Part shown: positions 38,445 through 47,830 of the stretch, one piece after another
Position numbering within the stretch: the stretch's first letter is position 1
Layout of the letters: every line of letters begins with the position of its first letter
Source: Candidatus Aphodoplasma sp.
Lineage (GTDB): Bacteria; Bacillota; Clostridia; UBA1381; UMGS1253
Direction of reading: 5' to 3'
DNA length: 64,000 bases
NCBI GenBank assembly: GCA_045626925.1
Contig: JAZUQZ010000031.1
Location: forward strand, 11,087 to 75,086
Translations under genes and position numbers: made by a program
The notes under the pieces: model-generated
What the model was told of the DNA's origin: nothing
Database searches by the model: none
What the model saw: only the letters and a program-made list of their open reading frames with translations

Positions 38445-38924
38445 ATGACAAACATGGGATTTGAGGTTCGCGTTGCGGTATATGATGATATTGATGCGAT
38501 TGAACAGATTACAAATGAGGCGTTTCATAAATATGCTGCAATGGTAGGAAATGATAACATACAGGCACTTCAAGAAACAAAAGAAGATATAAAAAACGAT
38601 ATTGACAATTCGCTTGTGCTTGTTGCTTTTATGGATGGCACTCCTGTTGGAAGTGTGCGCGTAAAGATAAATTATGAAGACAAAACGGCATACCTTTCTC
38701 GTTTTGGTGTAAAGATAAACTCCCAAAACAATGGTGTTGGAAAGTCACTCATGAATCTTGTTGACATAAAAATGCGCGAAATGGGTATAAAAAAGATTAT
38801 GCTCCATACAGGTGCAAAGGTAAGCTCTCTTGTAAAGTTTTATTATGGCAGAGGCTTTTACATTGACTCTACTACAAAGGATAGAGGATATATTCGTGCG
38901 CTGCTTTGTAAAGAATACGATTGA
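38445..38924 (+). CDS. GNAT-family N-acetyltransferase
   Basis: 159 aa with the acetyl-CoA-binding region RFGVKINSQNNGVGKSLM. Substrate unknown. Confidence 0.75.
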   Translation: MTNMGFEVRVAVYDDIDAIEQITNEAFHKYAAMVGNDNIQALQETKEDIKNDIDNSLVLVAFMDGTPVGSVRVKINYEDKTAYLSRFGVKINSQNNGVGKSLMNLVDIKMREMGIKKIMLHTGAKVSSLVKFYYGRGFYIDSTTKDRGYIRALLCKEYD

Positions 38925-39135
38925 TTGTAACATAAAGTTAATCAAAAAACAATATGTAGTTATAAAGTTAATTTTGTATCTATATATTGTGTTTTAATTT
39001 GATATTATTCACACACAAAAACAACACAACATATTGTTAATAATTTCCATATATGATACAATAAATACAAGATAAGTTGAAAAAGAAAAGCTTTTCAAAA
39101 CAAATAAGAAAACAAGCTTGGGGAGGATATGGAAA

Positions 39136-39315
39136 TTGTCAAACATAAAAGAAATTTTTGATGTGCAAAATCGCATAAAAGAAAAAATAGACAAAATTAT
39201 AGAGCATAAACAAAAACATAAAATAGAGCAAAGAGATGTTGTTTTTGAAGATATTTGTGCATGCTTTGATATTTTATGCTTACTTACAGAAAAATGTATA
39301 GACAGTAAAGAATAA
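39136..39315 (+). CDS. Small hypothetical protein (about 59 aa) with its own promoter
   Basis: GGAGG at 39122-39126 with TTG at 39136 (the track starts at TTG 39118). Candidate promoter TTGTTA-17-TACAAT near 39035-39063; a strong terminator follows. No recognisable family. Confidence 0.3.
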   Translation: MSNIKEIFDVQNRIKEKIDKIIEHKQKHKIEQRDVVFEDICACFDILCLLTEKCIDSKE

Positions 39316-39321
39316 ACACAT

Positions 39322-39355
39322 AAAAAGGGAGCTCAAAAACTGAGCTCCCTTTTTA
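39322..39355. terminator. Bidirectional terminator
   Basis: aaaagggagctca aaaac tgagctccctttt. Confidence 0.85.
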
Positions 39356-39363
39356 TATATAAA

Positions 39364-40728
39364 TCATACTTTCAATATTCCAAAACCTTCAAGAACGGAT
39401 GTTATAAGAATTGCAAGTATGCATACAGGCGCGATGTATTTAACCATCACCTTATACATTGCTTCGCGTTTAAATTGTGAAGAGAGTTTTATCTCATCTG
39501 CAACAACATCTACCCCGACAATGTATCCTACAAAAATACAAGTCAAAAATGCACCTGCAGGCATCAACAACGCGTTTGCAACAAAGTCAAAAAATGAAAG
39601 AAAATCCATCCCTAATATTTTAAAGGATGCCCATGCACCGTTTCCTAATGATGACGGAATTCCAAGAAGAAAGGCGCTTGCCGCCACAATGCTTGCTACG
39701 GCAAACCGACCGGTTTTATATCGGTCGCAAAGCGTGGAGACAACGCTTTCCATAAGTGATATTGTAGATGTAAATGCCGCAAAAAACACCAACAGAAAGA
39801 ACGCTCCGCCAATTATATTGCCACCAACCATGGAAGAAAAAACCCTTGGCAGTGTTTCAAACATAAGTCCGGGCCCTTTGTTTAAATTTGCTGCAAGAAC
39901 CGTGCTATCGCCCGCAGAAAAAGAAAAGATTGCAGGAATAATCATAACAGCAGCCAAAATCGCAATGCCTGTATCAAAGATTTCGATTCGCTTAACGCTT
40001 TTTGATATGTCGTTTTCCTTTTTTAAATATGAGCCATATGTTATCATAATGCCCATTGCAAGAGACATTGAATAAAACATCTGGCCGAGAGCGGACAAAA
40101 GTGTCATCGGTGAAAACTGGTCAAAGTTTGGTATAAACAGATATTTTACGCCCTCAATTGCGTTTGGGAGTGTCAAACAATATATTGCAATGCCTATTGA
40201 TAAAATAACGAGAATCGGCATCAAAACTTTGCTTGTTGCTTCTATTCCCTTTTCGACACCCTTTATAACAACGAGATATGATACAAGCATAAACACAAAA
40301 AACCAAACAAGCGGTTGCCATGGATGAGCGATAAAAGATGTAAAAAAGCCTGTAGATGCCATAGCTTGTGAATTGCCGATTAGATATTCTACAAAATATT
40401 TTACTATCCAACCACCGATTACGCCATAATAGGAAAGAATTATAAACGCCGCAAATACCGCCATAGCACCGATAAATTTATATTTTTTGGCAAGCGCGCC
40501 ATAAGCGCCTATCGGGCTAAGACCTGTTTTGCGTCCGATTGCAATTTCAGAGAGCATAATTGTATAGCCAAAAGTAACAACAAGCAGTATATAAATAAGT
40601 ATAAATATACCGCCACCGTACATCGCTGCAAGATATGGAAATCGCCATATATTCCCAAGACCGACGGCACTTCCTGCCGCGGCTAAAACAAAGCCTAATC
40701 CACCTGAAAAGTTTGCTCGTTTTTGCAT
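39364..40728 (-). CDS. Sodium-dependent transporter, SNF (neurotransmitter:sodium symporter) family
   Basis: GLGNIWRFPYLA signature near the N-terminus and about 11-12 TM helices; 454 aa. Confidence 0.9.
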   Translation of the reverse strand: MQKRANFSGGLGFVLAAAGSAVGLGNIWRFPYLAAMYGGGIFILIYILLVVTFGYTIMLSEIAIGRKTGLSPIGAYGALAKKYKFIGAMAVFAAFIILSYYGVIGGWIVKYFVEYLIGNSQAMASTGFFTSFIAHPWQPLVWFFVFMLVSYLVVIKGVEKGIEATSKVLMPILVILSIGIAIYCLTLPNAIEGVKYLFIPNFDQFSPMTLLSALGQMFYSMSLAMGIMITYGSYLKKENDISKSVKRIEIFDTGIAILAAVMIIPAIFSFSAGDSTVLAANLNKGPGLMFETLPRVFSSMVGGNIIGGAFFLLVFFAAFTSTISLMESVVSTLCDRYKTGRFAVASIVAASAFLLGIPSSLGNGAWASFKILGMDFLSFFDFVANALLMPAGAFLTCIFVGYIVGVDVVADEIKLSSQFKREAMYKVMVKYIAPVCILAILITSVLEGFGILKV

Positions 40729-41012
40729 AAAAAAGTTTCGTCCTTTCTTTGATAAAATATAAAGGATTTATTTTATAGTGCTCAATAAGTGGCAAAGTTA
40801 TGTATGCAACACAAAACAGCTGTTGTATAAAAAAATATCCGCGTCCATGGACACGAATATTTTTATGGGGAAATACCCCCTTGCTCCAAAACAATTATTT
40901 TGACTATTCTGAAAAGCAGAAAATTCCGCCCAAAAAGCATCTTTAAAACCGGATAAAAATTATGTCTGTGTTATAAAGAAAATCTTTTTATATTAAAAAA
41001 ATCAGATGCCAA

Positions 41013-41213
41013 TTAAAGTTTTGATACATTAGCGGCCTGTGGGCCCTTTGCGCCATCAATAACTTCAAATTCTACTGCGGCACCCTCTTCAAGTGTCTTG
41101 TAGCCTTCGCCTTGGATTGCTGAAAAATGCACGAAAATATCCTCGCCGTTTTCGCTCTGGATAAAGCCATAACCTTTTTCACTGTTGAACCATTTTACTG
41201 TACCTTTTTGCAT
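41013..41213 (-). CDS. cspA: Cold-shock protein (CspA family)
   Basis: [19 protein letters not shown]...DIFVHFSAI carries RNP1/RNP2 motifs. Start at 41213 (GGAGGAA RBS); the listed longer ORF is an artefactual extension. Confidence 0.93.
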   Translation of the reverse strand: MQKGTVKWFNSEKGYGFIQSENGEDIFVHFSAIQGEGYKTLEEGAAVEFEVIDGAKGPQAANVSKL

Positions 41214-41325
41214 TACTTGTTCCTCCAAAAATTTTTTGCACAGACATTTTCTGTGCTTTAAATATGATATCATATCTTACCATTATTGTCAACAAAAACT
41301 TTAGGAAAAATACATCAAAACAAAA

Positions 41326-41360
41326 AAAGCATCATTCTTTTTAACAAAGAACGATGCTTT
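41326..41360 (-). terminator. Terminator of trmK-nif3 operon
   Basis: aaagcatcattcttt ttaac aaagaacgatgcttt, with a T-run on the minus strand. Confidence 0.8.
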
Positions 41361-41364
41361 ATTA

Positions 41365-42162
41365 TTACATAAACTGCATTACATTTTTGTTTGTTTTTGT
41401 TACTACAAGTTCAAGTGCATCAGCAAACTGTTTTGAAAGATAATCTTTAAACAACTCACAAACAATAATCTCTGTATCGTAGTGTCCTACATCAATTATC
41501 TTCATTCCGTTTTCAACACAATGACGAACCTGGGAATATTTATAATCGCCGGTAACAAAAACATCTGCATTTGCATCAAGAGCTGCCCCAATAAGCGCGG
41601 TACCGCCACCTGTGTTTATGGCGATGCGACTTACGCTCGCCTCTGCGTCGCCGCTATAACGAATATATTCAACACCAAGTGCCCGCTTTATCCTTTGAGC
41701 AAGCGCACCAAGCGTAATTGGCGAATCAATGTCACCTATACGCCCAATCCCTTCGCCGTTATCATCTGTATATTCTAATATTTTTACATTTTTAAGTCCA
41801 ACCTTTTTTGCAAGCAAATCATTAAGCCCGCCCTTTGCAACATCAAGATTTGTATGGGCGGCATAATAAGAAATGTTATTTTGAATAAGTGCACGCAAAA
41901 GCTTGCCCTCTGGTGTTTGTGCAGTAATTTTGTTTAGCGGTTCAAACATAATTGGGTGATGCGCTACAATCATTTGTGCCCCCTCGCGCACAGCCTCCTC
42001 AACAACACCAATATCAAGGTCAAGCGTCAAAAGCACCTTTGAGACCTCTTGTTCATAGTCGCCACACAAAAGGCCGACATTGTCCCATTCATATGCGAGC
42101 TGTGTGGGAGCAAGTCTTTCTATAACTGAAGCAATATCCTTGCATTTTAGTTTTGTGTTCAT
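41365..42162 (-). CDS. Nif3-like dinuclear metal centre protein (YqfO homolog)
   Basis: Start at 42162 (AAGGAG RBS). NIF3 family translation (WDNVGLLCGD, IVAHHPIMF, AAHTNLD, GHYDTE). Follows trmK as in B. subtilis yqfN-yqfO. Confidence 0.88.
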   Translation of the reverse strand: MNTKLKCKDIASVIERLAPTQLAYEWDNVGLLCGDYEQEVSKVLLTLDLDIGVVEEAVREGAQMIVAHHPIMFEPLNKITAQTPEGKLLRALIQNNISYYAAHTNLDVAKGGLNDLLAKKVGLKNVKILEYTDDNGEGIGRIGDIDSPITLGALAQRIKRALGVEYIRYSGDAEASVSRIAINTGGGTALIGAALDANADVFVTGDYKYSQVRHCVENGMKIIDVGHYDTEIIVCELFKDYLSKQFADALELVVTKTNKNVMQFM

Positions 42163-42205
42163 AACAGTCTCCTTGTCTGCCGTTGTTGGCAATGTATTTT
42201 GTATA

Positions 42206-42931
42206 TTAAAAATTTTCTTCAATGCGTGAAAGAGCGTCTATAAGTTTTTCATAGTAATTTATATCAACTTTTTTGTTTTTTGCGCGTCGCATACCACCAA
42301 GTGCTCGCACAAGACGCTTTTTTTGGTTTTTTAAATATTCATCAAAAAGCACATCTTTGCTTTTTAAAAGTGCGTCGCTTATGTAACAGTCGACATCACA
42401 AAAACCTGCGCTATCGCCGCTTTTTGCAAGAATAATCGTGTATATGCGCCTATCCTCGCGCACAAGAATTTCATTATTTATTACATAGCCGTTTTCATAA
42501 AGAAAGCGCCGAAGCTCGTGTGCGCTTGTCATAGGCTGGAGCACGAGCAGCTCTGCATTTTTGGCGACACGCTCGCCCTTTGACAAAATGTTGCAGATAA
42601 CATTTGCACCCATTCCCGCAATGACAATCGCCTGTGTTTCGCCCACGCAAAGAGTATCAAGTCCGTCCCCAAGACGAAGCTCTATTCTATTTGCAAGGCC
42701 AAAACGCTCGACATTGTTTTTTGCACGCGAAAGAGGTCCTGTGCCAATGTCTGATGCAATTATTTTCTTTTCTGTATCTGCTTTTGCAAGCAATATTGGC
42801 AGATATGCGTGGTCAGAGCCGATGTCGGCGACCGAGTCTGTATTATTCAGGATTTTTATAAGTGCATCAAGGCGTGGTGTCGTATGACATGCCATATTGC
42901 GACTAAAATTTTTCATAAAAGCTATCACCAT
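42206..42931 (-). CDS. trmK: tRNA (adenine22-N1)-methyltransferase TrmK
   Basis: SAM-MTase N-terminal half with VADIGSDHAYLPILL and a C-terminal coiled-coil domain. The start codon choice is uncertain. Confidence 0.85.
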   Translation of the reverse strand: MVIAFMKNFSRNMACHTTPRLDALIKILNNTDSVADIGSDHAYLPILLAKADTEKKIIASDIGTGPLSRAKNNVERFGLANRIELRLGDGLDTLCVGETQAIVIAGMGANVICNILSKGERVAKNAELLVLQPMTSAHELRRFLYENGYVINNEILVREDRRIYTIILAKSGDSAGFCDVDCYISDALLKSKDVLFDEYLKNQKKRLVRALGGMRRAKNKKVDINYYEKLIDALSRIEENF

Positions 42932-43023
42932 TTAAGTGCAAGTTTTATTATTTTACATATTTATATAATATACAAAAATGACAAAAATTACAATAGAAAA
43001 AATGAAAATATAATATAAAAATT

Positions 43024-43060
43024 TAAAAAATTGGTCACCTCAAAAGAAGTGACCAAAAAT
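43024..43060 (-). terminator. Terminator after mnmE
   Basis: ttggtcac ... gtgaccaa stem with a T-run on the minus strand. Confidence 0.75.
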
Positions 43061-43065
43061 TATCT

Positions 43066-44445
43066 TTATTTTCCGACACAAAATTCTGCAAAAATTTTAT
43101 CGACTATATCGCTGCTTACAGTTGTGCCGCTAATAAGCCCAAGGCTTTCAAGCGCGGCAGAAATATCAATTGTACACATATCCATCGGCATCCTTGATTT
43201 TAGCGTATCAAGCGCACTGATAAGAGAGGCGCGCGCATCGCCAAGAGCTTGAAGATGACGCATATTTGAAACAAGTGCGCCGCCACTGCCACTGCTGCCA
43301 AGCGAGCACATATCGCTGATTGCGCTTTTAAGCTCATCAAGTCCAAGACCCGTCTTTGTGCTTATATGTACAAGCGTATCACCCATTGTCATTTTTGTAA
43401 GAGCATCCATATCAAGCGCAGGCACAAGGTCAGATTTGTTTATTACAACGATGCGTTTTTTGTCTTTTGTAAGCGCAAGAGTTTCGATGTCTTCATCCGT
43501 GAGCGCACTGCCGACATCGAACAGGACAAGCACGATATCGGCATCTTTTATACAATCCTTGCTCCTGTCCACACCGATTTTTTCTACTGTGTCGTCTGCA
43601 TCGCGTATACCAGCAGTATCAAAAAACCGCACCATAACACCATTTATAATTGTGCTTTGCTCTATAACATCGCGGGTGGTGCCCTCTATATCGGTCACAA
43701 TCGCGCGCTGCGAATTTGTAAGTTCGTTTAAAAGTGACGATTTGCCGACATTTGGTCTGCCCGCAATAACACAAACTATACCCTCTTTTACAATCCGGCC
43801 GGCCGAGCCGCTTGCTATAAGCGTATCACACTGGGCTATGGCGTCACACAGCGTTTTTAGAAGACTTTCCTCGCTTAAATCAGCAATATCATCATCGGGA
43901 TAGTCTACCTCTGCGGCAAATTGTGCCGATACATATAAAAGCGGTTGGCGTATTTTTTCGATTTCGTTAAGCAATCCGCCCTCGAGTTGATTTATGGCGT
44001 TTTTGAGCGACAAATCGCTATCAGCGTGGATTACATCTATTATCGCCTCAGCACGAGAAAGGTCGATGCGACCATTTAAAAATGCGCGCCGCGTAAACTC
44101 GCCTGCGCTCGCCATTCTTGCACCTGCATCAAGTGCGAGCGAAAGCACCTTTTGCAACACAAGCGGCGAGCCATGAGTCGAAATTTCGACCGTGTCTTCT
44201 GCTGTGAATGTTCGTGGTGCGCGCATTACACTTACCATAACTTCATCGATTACTTCGCCATCAGATGAATCAATAATGTGACCATAGTGAAGCGTGTGTG
44301 ATGTCATATCTGAGATATGCGTGCCGTTTGGCGAGATGAAAATCTTGTCCGCGATATCAAACGCGTCATCACCGCTTATTCGTATAACGCCTATACCACC
44401 AACACCTACCGGTGTAGCGATTGCAGCGATTGTATCTGTTTTCAT
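43066..44445 (-). CDS. mnmE: tRNA modification GTPase MnmE (TrmE/ThdF)
   Basis: MKTDTIAAIATP start, G-domain GRPNVGKSSLLN, C-terminal CVGK. Confidence 0.96.
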   Translation of the reverse strand: MKTDTIAAIATPVGVGGIGVIRISGDDAFDIADKIFISPNGTHISDMTSHTLHYGHIIDSSDGEVIDEVMVSVMRAPRTFTAEDTVEISTHGSPLVLQKVLSLALDAGARMASAGEFTRRAFLNGRIDLSRAEAIIDVIHADSDLSLKNAINQLEGGLLNEIEKIRQPLLYVSAQFAAEVDYPDDDIADLSEESLLKTLCDAIAQCDTLIASGSAGRIVKEGIVCVIAGRPNVGKSSLLNELTNSQRAIVTDIEGTTRDVIEQSTIINGVMVRFFDTAGIRDADDTVEKIGVDRSKDCIKDADIVLVLFDVGSALTDEDIETLALTKDKKRIVVINKSDLVPALDMDALTKMTMGDTLVHISTKTGLGLDELKSAISDMCSLGSSGSGGALVSNMRHLQALGDARASLISALDTLKSRMPMDMCTIDISAALESLGLISGTTVSSDIVDKIFAEFCVGK

Positions 44446-44512
44446 ATCAAAGTCCTCCGTTTTACTTTGCGATTAAAATACCCGCACCACTTGGGCACGG
44501 GTATGGACTGTC

Positions 44513-45169
44513 TTAGTGTTTATAGGTTTTTGTATCACTCTTTAGTGCAACGACAACCTTGCGGTTTGGCTCTTCGCCGATAGAATAAGTATGAACTATC
44601 TCGTGGTCCTGGAGTGATGCGTGAATTACGCGTCTTTCGTATGGGTTCATTGGCTCAAATGTGTGGCGTCTGCCCGTTTTTGAAACCTTGTCCGCAATAC
44701 GATTCGATAACGCACAAAGAGCTGCCTTGCGCTTTTCGCGATAATTTTCTGTATCTATCGAAATCTTTGTATAACTGCCGTCGATACGATTTACAACAAG
44801 GCTTGTTAAATATTGTATTGCGTCAAGAGTGTCACCTCTTTTGCCTATTATTATGCCCATATTGTCGCCTGAAAGGTTAATGTTTAGTATGTCATCCTGT
44901 TCGGTGATGTCCACATCCACCTTCATACCCATTGAGAAAAATAAATCATTTAAAAAATCTAAAGCGACTGATGCTGGTGTTTGCTTCATAGTAACAATAA
45001 CCTTTGCCTCTTTTGAACCTAAAAGGCCGAACAAACCCTTTGTCCCCTCATCAACAACCTCAACATCTATCATATCTTTTGTCGCGCCAAGCTCATTTAA
45101 TGCAAGCTCAATAGCCTCATCTATGCTTTTTGCGGTCTTTTCTATTCTTTTTGATTGTGTCGACAACAA
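44513..45169 (-). CDS. jag: Jag/KhpB RNA-binding protein (Jag_N, KH, R3H)
   Basis: TTG start at 45169 preceded by GGAGGAG (9-nt spacing). Overlaps the 3' end of yidC by 53 nt. C-terminal R3H region: FEPMNPYERRVIHASL. Confidence 0.88.
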   Translation of the reverse strand: MLSTQSKRIEKTAKSIDEAIELALNELGATKDMIDVEVVDEGTKGLFGLLGSKEAKVIVTMKQTPASVALDFLNDLFFSMGMKVDVDITEQDDILNINLSGDNMGIIIGKRGDTLDAIQYLTSLVVNRIDGSYTKISIDTENYREKRKAALCALSNRIADKVSKTGRRHTFEPMNPYERRVIHASLQDHEIVHTYSIGEEPNRKVVVALKSDTKTYKH

Positions 45170-46112
45170 CTGCGTTCTCCTCCTTCTTTTTAAAGTACTG
45201 CACAGTAAAGTACTGTTGACCTAACTGAAAAACATTTGATATTATCCAATAAAGACCAACACCTGATGGCAATGTAAATGTAAAGAACACCGACATTATA
45301 GGCATCATAAGTGTCATAGACTTGCTCATTGATGCTGCCGTATCATCTGCATTTGGTGAAGTGGCCTGCTGTGGTGTGTTCATCGAAGTCATTTTTCCAA
45401 GCAACCACGATGTAAGACCTGATAAAACAGGAATAATCAATAGCGGAAGCGTCGTCCAAAGTGCCGGCGAAATCTGCCCCGCCAAAAGCGAACTAAACGG
45501 ACCCCACACTTCGCTTGGATATCTTGACAAATCAAGTCCGAGGAAGTTAAAGTTAATAACCCATTCACTAAAGCCTTCAACACTTGTAGCAAAATTGCTC
45601 ATTGCAATTTGAAAATTGTTTGCAAGAGTTTCCATCGATAGTGTTGTAAATCCGTTCGGAGCAATAGCAGCAAGGTCCGGATTGTTTATTACTGCTTGTT
45701 GCAAACTAATAACCTTGTTTATGTTTTCCGGCAGGTTAAAGTTTATACCAAGTATATACGAAAGCGGTCTTTGTATAACCTGAAACAGACCGATAATAAT
45801 CGGAAATTGTAATAATAATGGCAAACATCCACTTGCCGGATTTGCATCATTTGCTTTATAAAGCTCCATCATTTCTTTGTTGAGCTTTTCTTTGTCGTTT
45901 CCATATTTTCTTTGAAGTTCTTGTAACTGTGGTGCAAGCTTTTGTTGTTTTACCATCGATTTTTGCGATTTAAGATTAAGCGGCAAAATCAAAAGCTTTA
46001 TTATAATTGTAAAAAGTATAAGCGCAACACCATAATTTGGAATAAGCTTATAAATGAGCTCTACTATAAAGCCCATCGGCCTAACTATAAGCCACATAAA
46101 AAGATTGCCCAT
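45117..46112 (-). CDS. yidC: Membrane protein insertase YidC/SpoIIIJ
   Basis: YidC core sequence (KSQKSMVKQQKLAPQLQELQRKYGNDKEKLNKEMMELYK, GCLPLLLQFPI) and a basic C-terminal tail. Start taken at MGNLFMW (46112). Confidence 0.9.
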   Translation of the reverse strand: MGNLFMWLIVRPMGFIVELIYKLIPNYGVALILFTIIIKLLILPLNLKSQKSMVKQQKLAPQLQELQRKYGNDKEKLNKEMMELYKANDANPASGCLPLLLQFPIIIGLFQVIQRPLSYILGINFNLPENINKVISLQQAVINNPDLAAIAPNGFTTLSMETLANNFQIAMSNFATSVEGFSEWVINFNFLGLDLSRYPSEVWGPFSSLLAGQISPALWTTLPLLIIPVLSGLTSWLLGKMTSMNTPQQATSPNADDTAASMSKSMTLMMPIMSVFFTFTLPSGVGLYWIISNVFQLGQQYFTVQYFKKKEENAVVVDTIKKNRKDRKKHR

Positions 46113-46162
46113 ATTTATTATCTCCTTATAAGCAAAATCAAGCGTGAATAAGATCAAACGCG

Positions 46163-46375
46163 CTATTTGAGCGGGTCATAACCACCGCGACAAAACGGAT
46201 TACATCTGATTATTCGCCAAAGAGCAAGCGCTCCGCCGCGAAAAACGCCATATTTACTTATGGCTTCATAGGCGTATTGTGAGCATGTAGGCACAAACCT
46301 ACATGTGCTTTTGCGCTTTAATGGCGAAATACGCCTTTGATAAAAGCGTATGGCGCGCAAAACTATCGACTTCAT
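46163..46375 (-). CDS. yidD: Membrane protein insertion efficiency factor YidD
   Basis: [29 protein letters not shown] is the YidD signature. Start taken at MKSIVLRA. Confidence 0.9.
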   Translation of the reverse strand: MKSIVLRAIRFYQRRISPLKRKSTCRFVPTCSQYAYEAISKYGVFRGGALALWRIIRCNPFCRGGYDPLK

Positions 46376-46406
46376 AAAATCACACTTTTCTGTTTTGGAC
46401 GAAAAA

Positions 46407-46760
46407 TTATTTGTCAGCATCCTTTTGCGGAATTATCCCGCTTTTTTTCAAAAGATAACCCATGTCGGCACGAATGGACGAAAAATCGGCGTCGGCGGCT
46501 CTTGTACGAGCGACAATGACAATATTATACCCAAGAGTCATTTCGCTCTCTTGCAAACGATAACATTCTCTTATCAGACGCCTTATCCTGTTGCGCACAA
46601 CCGCGTTCCCAAGCTTTTTTGTGACGGTTATGCCAAGCGTATTTTCTTTTTTTGCGGTTTTCTTATAATATATTACAAGATAACCTGCCACGATTGAGTT
46701 GCCTCTTTTATAAAGATAACGAAAATCGCGGTTATACTTCATAGACGAAGTGTTATTCAA
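46407..46760 (-). CDS. rnpA: Ribonuclease P protein component
   Basis: 117-aa basic protein with [23 protein letters not shown] (RNR motif), located downstream of rpmH. Confidence 0.93.
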   Translation of the reverse strand: MNNTSSMKYNRDFRYLYKRGNSIVAGYLVIYYKKTAKKENTLGITVTKKLGNAVVRNRIRRLIRECYRLQESEMTLGYNIVIVARTRAADADFSSIRADMGYLLKKSGIIPQKDADK

Positions 46761-46834
46761 TCAAAATCACCGTCCACACCGTCTGCTGCCAACACGATAA
46801 AATTTTCTAAAAGAAAAGACCACCAAGTGGCCTT

Positions 46835-46969
46835 TTATGCTGACAGCTTTTTTCTACCCTTTAGTCTTCTTCTAGCCAGAACCTTTCTGCCGTTAGCAGT
46901 ACTCATTCTTTTTCTAAAGCCATGCACCTTGCTTCTTTGCCTTTTTTTAGGCTGGTATGTTCTAAGCAT
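46835..46969 (-). CDS. rpmH: 50S ribosomal protein L34 (below the ORF-track length cutoff)
   Basis: My translation of the minus strand gives [44 protein letters not shown], 44 aa. RBS GGAGGTG. Confidence 0.95.
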   Translation of the reverse strand: MLRTYQPKKRQRSKVHGFRKRMSTANGRKVLARRRLKGRKKLSA

Positions 46970-47066
46970 TCTCTACACCTCCTGCAAAATGTTTGAAAAG
47001 CAATACCGCTTGCGCGTTTGCCAATACACAAATTAAATCGTATCCGCATAAGTGGACACGGTAAAT

Positions 47067-47095
47067 ATTATACATACATTTTCACAAAATGTCAA
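47067..47095 (-). promoter_or_regulatory. Consensus sigma-A promoter of rpmH-rnpA operon
   Basis: Minus strand TTGACA (47095-47090), 17 nt, TATAAT (47072-47067). Confidence 0.8.
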
Positions 47096-47156
47096 GCTTT
47101 TTTTGCTTTATAATTTCATTTTTACATACCGTTACTACATATAGGAAGAAAAATTT

Positions 47157-47507
47157 TTATAGCACAATATGCAGTGGCGCAGAGTATGCAAAATCTGATT
47201 TTTCAAAAGTGTTTTTCTTCTCACAAACAAGCTCACACACTACATCGCAAAGAGCTATAGGCGTTACCGCGCCATAAGCGAGGCGCCAGATGAAGCTTAA
47301 AACTTTTTGCTTGTCACAGCTTATTGAAAGAGCCTGTTGACTTTCGCTTGTATCTTCTTGTGTTTTGACGATTTCGATTCCATATGTACAAAGGCCGACG
47401 CTGTTTTCAAACGAAGTGTCCTCTTCCACAAGCAAGTATTTAAGCAAAAAGCCTGTCCGGCTTGCGTCGCCGATACACTTTATAGTGTGTATAACTTCCT
47501 TTTTCAT
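47157..47507 (-). CDS. Hypothetical protein (116 aa)
   Basis: Start at 47507 (AAAGGAG RBS), with an extended -10 promoter (TGgTATAAT) upstream. No family recognised with confidence. Confidence 0.5.
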   Translation of the reverse strand: MKKEVIHTIKCIGDASRTGFLLKYLLVEEDTSFENSVGLCTYGIEIVKTQEDTSESQQALSISCDKQKVLSFIWRLAYGAVTPIALCDVVCELVCEKKNTFEKSDFAYSAPLHIVL

Positions 47508-47659
47508 AAACAAAACTCCTTTCTGCAAAGCATAGCTTTTGTGTAAAACATTATACCAGCACAAATGTTGTATGAAAAGAAAATTACATCGCAGAATGTG
47601 ACACATATCGACAAAAATGATAGCCAAAAATCAAATAGCTAAAAATAAAAAATAAAAAC

Positions 47660-47676
47660 TGTCGAAATATGTCGAA
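47660..47676 (+). promoter_or_regulatory. Two tandem perfect Spo0A-box heptamers (TGTCGAA) with 10-bp phasing
   Basis: TGTCGAA at 47660-47666 and 47670-47676. A third one-mismatch box (TGTCGAT, minus strand) lies at 47607-47613. Confidence 0.5.
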
Positions 47677-47755
47677 AATCAGATAAAAATGTAGCACAAA
47701 AGTTTTATAAATTATCAAAGACGCAAACAATGTGGTGCGTTTTTACATAAAGCGC

Positions 47756-47784
47756 TTGAAAAAAATGCAAAAAAGGTGTATAAT
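47756..47784 (+). promoter_or_regulatory. sigma-A promoter of ACT / UPF0210 operon
   Basis: TTGAAA (47756-47761), 17 nt, TATAAT (47779-47784). Confidence 0.7.
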
Positions 47785-47830
47785 AATGCGCAGATGAAAT
47801 TATTTAATTTATAAAACGAGGAGAGATTTT

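Noticed and set aside
39118-39315. Small ORF as a Spo0E-family phosphatase
   Set aside because: Size and helical character fit, but the family's SQELD motif is absent. It is kept only as a low-confidence hypothetical.
40729-41012. Riboswitch or T-box upstream of the SNF-family transporter
   Set aside because: The minus-strand leader shows only csp terminator hairpins (GGGGGTATTTCCCC, GTGTCCATGGACGC) and an AT-rich promoter region. I recognised no conserved riboswitch core.
46970-47156. DnaA boxes upstream of rpmH (canonical oriC position)
   Set aside because: Only degenerate matches are present (gTATCCgCA, aGTGGAcAc) with two or more mismatches each, and there is no cluster. The consensus boxes are all at 23.7-25.3 kb.
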